Positions 52,001-60,020 of a DNA stretch of 64,000 nucleotides are shown in pieces (the stretch's first letter is position 1; each line of letters begins with the position of its first letter). Source of the DNA: Cyanobacteria bacterium P01_A01_bin.123. Its GTDB lineage: Bacteria > Cyanobacteriota > Cyanobacteriia > Phormidesmidales > Phormidesmidaceae. The DNA is taken from assembly GCA_039815185.1 (NCBI GenBank), contig JBCBZT010000003.1, forward strand, positions 160,001-224,000. The letters are read 5' to 3'. Below the pieces are notes generated by a model that saw nothing but the letters and a program-made list of their open reading frames with translations, made no database searches and was not told where the DNA came from. Position numbers and translations under genes: made by a program.

Positions 52001-52791
52001 AGCGTGACAATGATATCTCGATCAAGTACGACGCCATCGACATCGAGCACTTGTCCGCTCAGTCTGACCACGGCTCGTCCATTGGCTGGAATAATGCCGT
52101 TACCAATGGGCTCAATTTGGAGTGTTGGCCCTTGATTTTCCTCCAGCAAGTCCTCTTCTGACAGACGCTCTAAGGGATCTTCGGGAGCATCGGGGCGTAA
52201 GGCAGGGGGCGGCACAAATTCGTCCATGGGGGTACCCCCATCTCCATCAAACTGAGCCATCAGTTCAGCTTGATGGGGGGATATTGGAGCGGCTTGAAAA
52301 TCAAGGGTTGACGCTTCTAGGACGCCGGAAAAAGCTAGGTTATTTCCCTCAAGCGCCAATGTTTCAGAGTCAGTTGAGTGCGATCGCGCCGGGGAAACAT
52401 GAGCATCTGAGTTGCTGACTGGGTCATTAACTGGATCGTTAACGAGGGTATTTGCCTCAATTAAGTCTCCAGTCTGTAAGACAGCGGCGTCAGTGGCCAA
52501 GCCGTCAGCTGTTTCCCTTATTCTGGGGAGATTAAGTGCAGGTGAAACATGGGTCGTCGATCCAACATTCTCATCGGCTGACGGGCTCGCCTCAGGGGAA
52601 ACTGATTGGGGTTGCAGGTCCTGATTGACCATTGGCTGCTGATCATCGCTTGGCAGCGGCGCAGCGTCATCAACCGCCACGGACAGGTTCGATGCAGCCG
52701 CTTCCCCATATGCAGGAAATGCTGCACTTAAAACTCCAGCGATAACGGCCAGTGCCTTAATTGCCAGTAAAGTTTGCTGTGAGCTTGCCAT
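49042..52791 (-). CDS. Large outer-membrane beta-barrel protein with N-terminal disordered region and Ig-like domain
   Basis: Signal peptide (PAYG-E), IPANGR..Ig-like segment, YPVYGDSS, a long run of amphipathic strands ending GVYLGVTFK. Stop overlaps the next ATG (TAATG). Start is ATG 52791 or GTG 52881. Confidence 0.8.
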   Translation of the reverse strand: MASSQQTLLAIKALAVIAGVLSAAFPAYGEAAASNLSVAVDDAAPLPSDDQQPMVNQDLQPQSVSPEASPSADENVGSTTHVSPALNLPRIRETADGLATDAAVLQTGDLIEANTLVNDPVNDPVSNSDAHVSPARSHSTDSETLALEGNNLAFSGVLEASTLDFQAAPISPHQAELMAQFDGDGGTPMDEFVPPPALRPDAPEDPLERLSEEDLLEENQGPTLQIEPIGNGIIPANGRAVVRLSGQVLDVDGVVLDRDIIVTLTSSAGVFVQTDYDNDLAGFQILARRGEFETLLRSDLDAQTVQIRAAVNGHQVRGLDPAIDPDPYPEVAAYTEVQFVTDLRPSLVSGVVHLRLGQAGTDFWGSFGDFLNPDLLDNGTEFDPDISLFGIGTLGDWQITGAYTSERNLNERCGGDNGILNDLQACDQTYPVYGDSSTSEFLTPSADSLYLRLQRDSILPGAEPDYLMWGDYSTPEFARSSQTFTATTLQLHGFKGNYSFANGLQVTAMYGNNLQQLQRDTIAPDGTSGFYFLSRRAVLRGSENVFIETEEINRPGTVVERTELYRGADYDIDYDRGTLLFRQPIYATEIDPFGETLVRRIVVTYQLDGGEFGGELYAGRLQYAFTPDLNSWVGATFLHADQGDFDSNLYGVDLQLPIGSIGTFVGEWARSDSFSGGATTSGNAFRLAFNGNVLPNVFGRAYLQSAAPEFQNDYTSSFRPGQTRWGAEIAARIGPSTLLRGLIDQETNVGSSPAVLTSAGALLSPGQQAIQGSSVDNTLTTGQIGIQQRFGATTLGVDWIFRGRDDRITNLNTDSNQVVSRLNLPITGDLSFLAQSELNLGTGDSLYPDRQTVGLEWAVQPGMTLRLAQQFTGGANPGSVTRLDSLIDYALDDNTTLTNRYSLLGGFNGITGQGAIGLNHRMVLAPGLRANFGLERIFGDAFNLTGGGEQFAQPFAVGQNASALGLQSSTAYSIGLEYTDNPDFQASARFEHRDSDSGDNTVFTAAAGGRITRSLTTLFRYEQANFANQTITGNLGNSINLRLGLAYRDPSSDIFNGLLSYEYRNNPSTTPDSILIGSSNDAVDHTLALEGILSPSWQWELYGKYALRYSNVNLADDFGFSNSIHFAQMRATYRFAYRWDVTAGARWIGQPTVGYSETGFALEAGYYLTPDLRLGVGYSFGGANEGSFVGDNAYRSGSGVYLGVTFKVNELLNGFGLQMVSPQQQQDSYVEPDQPANAAPNDIETGGEV

Positions 52792-52846
52792 AGTGCGTCT
52801 GTTTCTTAACTTCCCTGATTGTTTGGTCGATACTTCCCTGCGAACA

Positions 52847-53878
52847 CTATTGACCTGGCCCAACAACCTGGCCCTCACCAAAGGTAGGGGTCACTCCAAA
52901 GTTCATACGTACCAATCCACCTGGCTCAAGCTGAACCAGGCGCGACTGGCTGTTTTGGTCAAGACGATACAAGTTAGGCGCTAGGGTATAACCCGGCAAG
53001 CTGGTTAAATCCAACGTGCCGACTCGATACCCGCGATAGACATTTGCTACGGAAAATAAGCCCTCGGGGTCGGTAATGATGCGATTGCCATCATCCATAA
53101 AGACAACAGCATTGGGGACTCCTTCTTCTCCAGGTTGCTGTTCACCATCGAAATTTTTATCAACAAAGACCCGTCCGACAACCGTGCCACAATCGGCAAC
53201 GATCCCCGGACGAATCAGCAGTTGAAACTGAGAAGTAACGGTTGCAAATCCCGGAGCGGAGGCCTGGGCAGTGTTCTCCCCTGACCCCCGAACTGAATCA
53301 GGAGTGAGCAATACAGCATAGACAATATTGATCGATTCACCCGCGGCCAAGGTTGGAAACTCAAGGGTAATCTGACTGTTATCGAAGCTTACTGAAGTCG
53401 GTGCGGTAGGCGTTGCCTGGACTGAATCAGGCACATACAGCAGACCTAGGGGTAACTGATCAACAATGGTCAGCGGTGTAGCCGCAGTAGTCGTGCTGTT
53501 GTTGGTTACCAGCAGTCTGTACAGCACCACATCCCCAGGCTCTGCAGCAGCTCGATCTGCGGTCTTAACAATCGATAATCCTTGCTCCTGGGCAGCTGTC
53601 CCCGATACCTGATAAGAGGTGGTGTTTGAGGTGCCAGTTTGCACATTACCACCAGAGGTGAATTGAGCCGATGCTTGGTTAGTCACCGTTACCTGTGCCT
53701 GGGAGGCAGTCGGCAAAATCAGCCCACCATGAAGTGCAAGGCTGGTAAACAAAGCCAACAAAAAAATCATCCAGCGTCTAAGAAGACGCCTACCTGTAGC
53801 GAATATCGGTTTCAACACCCACAACTCCCACACACTCGGTAGATAACGTAATATCACCGAAAAATCAGATAAAGTCAA
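52847..53878 (-). CDS. Secreted DUF11 + SdrD-B/Cna-B-like protein
   Basis: Signal peptide (ASQA-Q), LSIVKTADRAAAEPGD.V.Y (DUF11), GRVFVDKNFDGEQQPGE.GVPNA (SdrD-B-like). True start is probably downstream (~53818 or 53770). Confidence 0.85.
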   Translation of the reverse strand: MTLSDFSVILRYLPSVWELWVLKPIFATGRRLLRRWMIFLLALFTSLALHGGLILPTASQAQVTVTNQASAQFTSGGNVQTGTSNTTSYQVSGTAAQEQGLSIVKTADRAAAEPGDVVLYRLLVTNNSTTTAATPLTIVDQLPLGLLYVPDSVQATPTAPTSVSFDNSQITLEFPTLAAGESINIVYAVLLTPDSVRGSGENTAQASAPGFATVTSQFQLLIRPGIVADCGTVVGRVFVDKNFDGEQQPGEEGVPNAVVFMDDGNRIITDPEGLFSVANVYRGYRVGTLDLTSLPGYTLAPNLYRLDQNSQSRLVQLEPGGLVRMNFGVTPTFGEGQVVGPGQ

Positions 53879-54396
53879 GTATCAAAAAAACAGAAATGTA
53901 CGTAATTACGCATAATTACGCATTCTCACGCGATGATACTCTGCTGAAATTCACCTAGGTACTTTATCAGAAGATGGCGTGGATGATTGCCGTCACTACT
54001 CAGAAAGGAAAGATTAGCCAAATTGCAACACGCCTAAGAGCAGTGTGCTTGTCGTCACAGCGCAAGATTCTGATAGCCTTATAAGGGGTCTTACCCCCCC
54101 TATAGAGGGGCTGTTACAGGACTAATGCAGGAACGTCTACTGTCAGATAGAGGCGAAATGGCATCAGTGCTTATACTTGATTAAGAATTGTTGAAAGTTC
54201 CTCAAAAAACGTACTTTTACGGAAGGTATTCAACTCGTTTTGGCGATTTGCACCTACTTATGTCAGGAAAACCTGACATAAGTAGGTGCTTCTACTTGTT
54301 CCCTATCCACATTCACCGCAGGCGTTTTCTCCAGGCTAAAACTCAAATTTTCAAATCGGATTACGGTTAGCTTCAATGATGAGTGACCGTTAAGCT

Positions 54397-55191
54397 TCAG
54401 CGAATTGCAGATTTGAGCGCCTGACAGAAGTCTGCGATTTTCTCCAATCCCTCCGCTGGGGGATGGTCGGCTAGGCGGTTGACAAAGGCGCTGCCCACGA
54501 TGACTGCATCAGCGCCCCATTGCTTAAGCTGTGCAGCTTGTTGAGGTTGGGAAACACCGAACCCGACTCCCACGGGTTTATGGGTTAGTCCCCGCAAATC
54601 CTCTAGTAGCCTGTTGACTCGGCTTTGAATTTGGGTTCTCATGCCGGTGACGCCGGTGACGCTAACGAGATAAATGAACCCTTCGGACTGTTGCGCGATC
54701 GCTTCAATTCTTGCTTTTGGAGAGGTTGGGGCGACCAGTAGCGTCACTTCAATACCCGCTGATAGGGCTGGCTGCCTTAGGGTTTCAACCTCCTCTAAGG
54801 GGAGATCGGGAACCACTAACCCTTTGACGCCAGCCGCCACGAGGGTTTCTAAAAAAGCTTCGATCCCCCGATTCAAAATCGGGTTGTAGTAAGTGAAAAG
54901 AATAATCGGTGCTGTCAATGTTGGGCTGACTTGCTGCACGACTGCTAAAACTTGCTCAAGTTTGACCCCGCGTTTGAGGGCCCGCGTGGCGGCGGCTTGA
55001 ATAACGGGGCCATCTGCCAATGGGTCAGAATAAGGAACGCCTAATTCAATCAAGTCGGCCCCGCTTTGATCTAGGATTTGCAGCGCTTTGGCCGTGGTTT
55101 CCAAGTCTGGATCGCCAGCGGTAATGAAGGGAATTAAGGCACACTCCTGGCGATCGCGGAGGATTTGAAACTGCTCAGAAACCGATGTCAT
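54397..55191 (-). CDS. trpA: Tryptophan synthase alpha chain
   Basis: [37 protein letters not shown] and VGSA motifs. Confidence 0.97.
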   Translation of the reverse strand: MTSVSEQFQILRDRQECALIPFITAGDPDLETTAKALQILDQSGADLIELGVPYSDPLADGPVIQAAATRALKRGVKLEQVLAVVQQVSPTLTAPIILFTYYNPILNRGIEAFLETLVAAGVKGLVVPDLPLEEVETLRQPALSAGIEVTLLVAPTSPKARIEAIAQQSEGFIYLVSVTGVTGMRTQIQSRVNRLLEDLRGLTHKPVGVGFGVSQPQQAAQLKQWGADAVIVGSAFVNRLADHPPAEGLEKIADFCQALKSAIR

Positions 55192-55267
55192 CCCAACCTC
55201 TACTTAATCTTGGCAAACTCCCCCATTAAACCACTTTGCAGTGTGTCATCAGTACCCACTCCATACC

Positions 55268-55594
55268 CTAGGAAGATTTAGCAGACGGGGTTACGTTTGC
55301 CTCCTCAGACAGTTCGGCTTGTAGGGCTGCCAGTTCTTCCGGGCTCATTTCGTCTAACCGTTTTTGCAGCACAGCGTCTTCATAATCTTTAAGCTGTTGG
55401 TTGTAGGTCATCGTTTGAGTCAGGGCTCTAAAAAGGTATGTGAGCAACCAGCCCACAATGCCCCCTACAAAGATGACCTGGCTCCAAATGCCAGCTGAAA
55501 GGTGATCTAATCCAGTCCTCAAAAATATCAAGTAGAGTCCGCCGCCTGCGGCAAAGATCCCTAACCCGATGCCTAAAACATCGATTCGACGCAT
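55268..55594 (-). CDS. DUF3007 family protein
   Basis: MRRIDV..AGIWSQ..TY..R....MTY.QQ..DYE; located between ndhL and trpA. Confidence 0.85.
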   Translation of the reverse strand: MRRIDVLGIGLGIFAAGGGLYLIFLRTGLDHLSAGIWSQVIFVGGIVGWLLTYLFRALTQTMTYNQQLKDYEDAVLQKRLDEMSPEELAALQAELSEEANVTPSAKSS

Positions 55595-55639
55595 TGCACT
55601 GTCATCTCCTGACTCAACCGTTAATTAGGGCAAGGGGCC

Positions 55640-55879
55640 CTAGCTTTCTACCTGGCGGGGATTGGGTCGGAAGTTGAGAAATGGGCTCAGCAACAACATG
55701 CCTGGGAAGAAGAAAAAGACGAAAAAGTAAGCTACAGTACGCTCTACAGACCCCATGACGGCCCAGCGCGTCTTTAGGTAGAACATCAAAATGCCCGGTA
55801 CCACCAGTAAATATGTGCCCCCCAACCCCAGGTAGAGCACCGCAACCAAAATGTAGGGTGTATCAATTGGCATCGGCAC
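55640..55879 (-). CDS. ndhL: NDH-1 complex subunit L
   Basis: YL.L.G.YLLVVP...YL..RW....S.ER...[21 protein letters not shown]. Confidence 0.92.
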   Translation of the reverse strand: MPMPIDTPYILVAVLYLGLGGTYLLVVPGILMFYLKTRWAVMGSVERTVAYFFVFFFFPGMLLLSPFLNFRPNPRQVES

Positions 55880-56116
55880 GGTTATGACCTTTTAACGAGT
55901 GTTGTTAACATCTTAAGCGTTTTGTGGCGTCTTGTTGGAGGGCAGCTGATGAATGAGCCCTCCGCCTGCCAAGCAGCCGCTGTCAAAACTGGGTTTAAAC
56001 TAGAGAATTGTGAATTCTGAATTACAGTGAGTTGCATCGAACTCCACTTGGTGGTGCAATGGAAAACAGTCAAATTGGCTAACATTGCAGAACCCATCTC
56101 AAAGGTGGGTTTTTGC

Positions 56117-56565
56117 GGGGGCGTGGCGGAATGGTAGACGCTACGGACTTAGAAAACTGAGCCTTGGCGGAGAAATCTGTCAAGTGTAAGCTCTCAAACT
56201 CAGGGAAACCTAAGCCTAAGAAAATTTAAGCGATCGCGACAGGGACTGCCCTTGGCCTCTTCCCTGCGACTGAGTCTGTCGATAGTGATGCTTGCTTTCT
56301 AGGTATGGCAATCCTGAGCCAAGCCAAGAGCAATTTTAGATTGGCGAGTTTAGATTGTAGATAGTGATCTAAACTCCAAAATCCAAAATTCTCTCTGGAA
56401 GGTGCAGAGGCCCGACGGGAGCTACCCTAACGTCAAGTCGAGGGTAAAGGGAGGGTCCAATTCTCAAAGCCGGAGGCGGTATCGCTGAAGGCAGCAGCGA
56501 AAGCTGCGGGAGAATGAAAATCCGTTGACCGCAAGGTCGTGAGGGTTCAAGTCCCTCCGCCCCCA
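56117..56565 (+). tRNA. trnL: tRNA-Leu(UAA) interrupted by a group I intron
   Basis: Exon 1 is 56117-56150 (GGGGGCGTGGCGGAATGGTAGACGCTACGGACTT). Exon 2 is 56517-56565 (AAAATCCGT..GGTTCAAGTCCC..CGCCCCCA). The spliced anticodon is UAA. Confidence 0.96.
56151..56516 (+). ncRNA. Group I self-splicing intron (trnL-UAA type), 366 nt
   Basis: Conserved blocks CTCAGGGAAACCT, GGCAATCCTGAGCCAA, GGTGCAGAG.C.CGACGGGAGCTACCCTAAC and GGGTCCAATTCTC; terminal G in GAGAATG. Confidence 0.95.
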
Positions 56566-56910
56566 TACCAAATTTTATGGCCGAATCTTATGGAATGTAC
56601 GTCATCCCCTTTGTAGGGAGATGAGTGTTGCCGTGAAAACTAAAATCACGCTTAGGCAATTTGTGGAATGTACGTAACCCCTTGTGTAGGTAAGGAGGAG
56701 CTATTGCACGTATTTTCGGGTTGCCTGCGATCGCAGGCAATCAGCCCCAAACCTGATAAGCTTGATGTCTCCTTGGACTATAATCCCAAGTCACAGGTTC
56801 CCAGGGTTCTAAACCGCTAAATGCTCTGTAGGTTATTGTGTATATAAAGGCACACCTAACCTGCGACTGTGTTTCTGCCTTGCTGCTGTCGCTTAGCTTA
56901 GCTTAGGAAA

Positions 56911-58296
56911 GTGATTGATAGGTTTAGCCACGTAGATGGGGTTAGCAATAAAGATCGGGGGACATCACTGAATCGCTCTGAAAGTACTTCAAGAGATATT
57001 CAAGTCGCCCAGCAGACGATCTACGATTTTCTACTCGTTAGCGTCAAGACCCTATCTCCCTCAGAGGTCTTGGCAGAATTCAAGCAGCTTTTCATTCACC
57101 ATAGTGAGACCCTTAATTCCGAAACGTTGCCGGCGCTATACATCATCGTGTTCGCCAATCAAGAACACGAATTTCACAACACGCTCAAACGAGCATGTTA
57201 CATCCTGATTAATAACTGGGAGCTCAAGCGAGAGCATGGAGCAATTAAAAGCTTAATTGAGGTTTTCTCTGACCCAGTTTTACAGCGCAAAACTTATTCT
57301 CCAACCCTCAAGCGATTGCGGCAGTGGCTCAAGCGCTTTATCGAAGGCGAAGACTTTAACGCGATTAAGCTATTTGCCGCTCGATTTACTGAAAAGCAAG
57401 AAGAAGAACCTTGGACAAGGCGGTACACCTCTTACTTGCTAGTGCCGCAATATATCGATCCTCAAAATCCTGCTGAGCAGCGTGAAGCTGCCCGCAATCT
57501 CTCAAGGCGTCTGAAGGATCAGTTTAAGTTTGATTTGGCCATGTATACGGCCCATTCCCAGGCTCCAAGTGCGCTGAGAAGTAGCCAGCGCTACACCAAT
57601 CCTACCCAGCTAGGGGAGGAAGCGCTACGGATGGTCAAGATGATTGTGGCTAAACGGGGTCGATTTAGTCACAGAAATCTTGCCCGTCTGTTCTTACAGC
57701 AAACTCGAGATCTGCCCTATCGAAAATTCAAGCAGAGTTTAATTGCGTATCTGCTTTTTTCGACCAATCAAAAGGTTTTTGCCCACACTTTGAAGGCTCG
57801 CTTGCTTGAGCATTTGGCTAAGACTTACCGTGAGGAAGATGACCTCGCGCGGAATCCTTCATTGATTCTCAAGACTTGTAATCGTGTCATTGATTTGTTG
57901 ACGACTGAAAATAAGCAAAAGCCCTCTGAGTTATTTACATTATTGCTCTCCCAAGAGACACCGCTAACCCTGGCTATTGTCTTGTTGAAGCTGATTTTAA
58001 TTTCGCCCAAATCATTGGTTTACCTAGAAGCTAGGCTGGCGGATTTGTTGCGCTATTATGATCAGTTTCCCCGGGCTGAATGTAACTGGGTGATCAACTT
58101 CTTAGAGGTCTTTGGTGTTACCTTTGCAATCTATGCCCAGAATGTAGAATATAATTTGGTTAAGGCGAATGGTGCCGATCCTGATCATGTTTTCGTAGCC
58201 GATGGCGAGACATTGAGTGAGGCAGAACTTGAAGCTTGCCGAATCTTTTCGCAAGCCATTCGCAACCCTCGTTTCTCTGAGACAGCCGATCCTTAA
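56911..58296 (+). CDS. Conserved cyanobacterial hypothetical protein
   Basis: 461-aa helical ORF with LKRACYILINNW, RY..YLL and NPT.LG motifs. Confidence 0.75.
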   Translation: MIDRFSHVDGVSNKDRGTSLNRSESTSRDIQVAQQTIYDFLLVSVKTLSPSEVLAEFKQLFIHHSETLNSETLPALYIIVFANQEHEFHNTLKRACYILINNWELKREHGAIKSLIEVFSDPVLQRKTYSPTLKRLRQWLKRFIEGEDFNAIKLFAARFTEKQEEEPWTRRYTSYLLVPQYIDPQNPAEQREAARNLSRRLKDQFKFDLAMYTAHSQAPSALRSSQRYTNPTQLGEEALRMVKMIVAKRGRFSHRNLARLFLQQTRDLPYRKFKQSLIAYLLFSTNQKVFAHTLKARLLEHLAKTYREEDDLARNPSLILKTCNRVIDLLTTENKQKPSELFTLLLSQETPLTLAIVLLKLILISPKSLVYLEARLADLLRYYDQFPRAECNWVINFLEVFGVTFAIYAQNVEYNLVKANGADPDHVFVADGETLSEAELEACRIFSQAIRNPRFSETADP

Positions 58297-58560
58297 ACCC
58301 TATCTGGGTTGAAAACTTGAGTGGGGCGTTAGCGTGGCCATGCCCAGAGAGAGGGTTATGAGGTCTTTCACCTCTGCAAGGAAATCCCCTTGAGATCTTA
58401 TAGCGCTGGCCAGATTGCTTAATGCACCGAGTCTCGCTGGGATGCTCAGTATACAAGCAATCTGACTCGCCGTAGCGTACAAAGCTTTGTGGCTACGGCT
58501 ACAGCTCAGCGAGATTGTGGATCTAGATGTGGATGTAGTTTAGATCTCAGGTGATTTGGC

Positions 58561-59952
58561 CTAAAGGGGCTGACTTGTTGAAGGACACTGGTCTTGATCA
58601 GCCTGGGGGTGATGCTTATACCAGCAGTGCAGGGCTAGGCGATGAATTTCGCGCCAGGGGAGTTGATGTTGTCGTGCTAGCTGGGCACAGTCTTCATACT
58701 CAGGTTGGACGTTGAGCAGGGTATTGGTTTTCGGCTGCCGCCCCAGCTTGAGCCGAACTTTGCCATAGGGCGTGTCAACGGTTTGAAAGTCGCGTTTGAG
58801 AATTTGGCGGTGCTGGACGGTGTGTCGAATGCCTAAGGTAGTGGTTTCTTGAAACAGGATGGTTTGGCAAGAGAGCACTTGCTCGGCAAAGCAGAGAACG
58901 GTAATCAAATGGCCTGGTCGCGATTTCTTCATACCAATGGGTTGGGTAAACACATCCCGAGCACCGACGGTCAACAATCGATCAAAGAGATAGCCAATAG
59001 CTTGGGGGTTGAGATCATCAACTTGGGTTTGGAGTTCAATGATGGTTTCTGATTCTCCCTGAATTGGGCTGTAGGTCTGCGGTGTCGATATCGAGTCAGA
59101 GACACCCTGATCTGGCTCAGGTCTAGATTCAGGGGCATGGCTGTGGGGAGTTCGAGTTGCTTGCCCAAAGCTGTCCTGCTCAGTCAAGGCGACATGGCCA
59201 ATCCACAATCGTAGAATATTAGGGATAGGTAAATCACGGCTCCCTGCCCCTAACCCGACGGCCGTCAGAGTCATGGTTGGGGCAGGGCCAAATTGCTGGA
59301 CTAGGGTGGTCGCGATCGCAGCCCCAGTCGGCGTCACCAATTCTTTCTGAATACCGTTGCTGTAAATTGGCACTTGCCCCATAACCATCAATCGCAGCAC
59401 TGCTGGTGCCGGCACCGGGAGTTGGCCGTGGGCCGCCCGCACCAGTCCGCCTCCAGTGGGTAGGGGGGAGCAGTAGAGAGTCTCAATTCCTAACCAATCA
59501 AATCCCAAACAGGTGCCCACAATATCCACAATGGCATCCGCCGCGCCGACTTCATGGAAATGCACTTGATCGACAGGAATGCCGTGGACATCGGCTTCTG
59601 CCCGGGCCAGTTGGCGAAAGATGGCTAAACTCCAATGGGTGACTCGGGGTGGGAGTTGGGCTTGCTGAATGCGTTGTTCAATCTCTGGGAGGTGGCGTCC
59701 ACTGTGGGTGGGGTGGTGGTGGCCCTGCGCCAGTTGATCATCGTGCTGTTGCTGTAAAGCTACGACGACGTGGGTTGCTTGCTGCCCATTACGCTGTACG
59801 GTGCCAGCCGATAATGTATAGTCGTTGCTCAACCCTAATTGACTCAATTGACGCTCTAGGTAGTCCAACGGCACGCCAGCATCTACCAGCGCCCCCAAAC
59901 ACATATCCCCAGAAATCCCAGTGGGGCAGTCCAAATAGGCTAACTTTTTCAT
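58561..59952 (-). CDS. larC: Nickel-insertion protein LarC family
   Basis: YLDC..GISGDM.LGAL, His-rich linker, VHFHEVGA.DAI.DI, ELVTPTGAA, MKKSRPG, ETTTLGIR and PEYEDC motifs. Confidence 0.93.
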   Translation of the reverse strand: MKKLAYLDCPTGISGDMCLGALVDAGVPLDYLERQLSQLGLSNDYTLSAGTVQRNGQQATHVVVALQQQHDDQLAQGHHHPTHSGRHLPEIEQRIQQAQLPPRVTHWSLAIFRQLARAEADVHGIPVDQVHFHEVGAADAIVDIVGTCLGFDWLGIETLYCSPLPTGGGLVRAAHGQLPVPAPAVLRLMVMGQVPIYSNGIQKELVTPTGAAIATTLVQQFGPAPTMTLTAVGLGAGSRDLPIPNILRLWIGHVALTEQDSFGQATRTPHSHAPESRPEPDQGVSDSISTPQTYSPIQGESETIIELQTQVDDLNPQAIGYLFDRLLTVGARDVFTQPIGMKKSRPGHLITVLCFAEQVLSCQTILFQETTTLGIRHTVQHRQILKRDFQTVDTPYGKVRLKLGRQPKTNTLLNVQPEYEDCAQLARQHQLPWREIHRLALHCWYKHHPQADQDQCPSTSQPL

Positions 59953-60020
59953 ACAACTCGGAAGATGACTACGGTAATGGCTGATGATGGAACGCAGATA
60001 ACAGCAGTGGTCTTCAGCCC

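Noticed and set aside
49042..52881. Calling the barrel a TonB-dependent receptor
   Set aside because: No TonB box or plug motifs recognised, no C-terminal Phe signature, and no iron-uptake neighbours.
41483..52984. Numerous short plus-strand ORFs across the adhesin operon
   Set aside because: Antisense shadows produced by the biased codon usage of the long minus-strand genes.
56369..56566. 65-aa ORF as a possible intron-encoded protein
   Set aside because: It is the antisense reading of the tRNA exon and intron core, with no homing endonuclease motif.
56591..56690. CRISPR array
   Set aside because: Only two imperfect repeats, no cas genes and no typical repeat ends. Kept only as a regulatory-repeat finding.
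58561..59952. larC as evidence of a lactate racemase/nickel-pincer cluster
   Set aside because: No larA, larB or larE nearby; a stand-alone larC is common in cyanobacteria.
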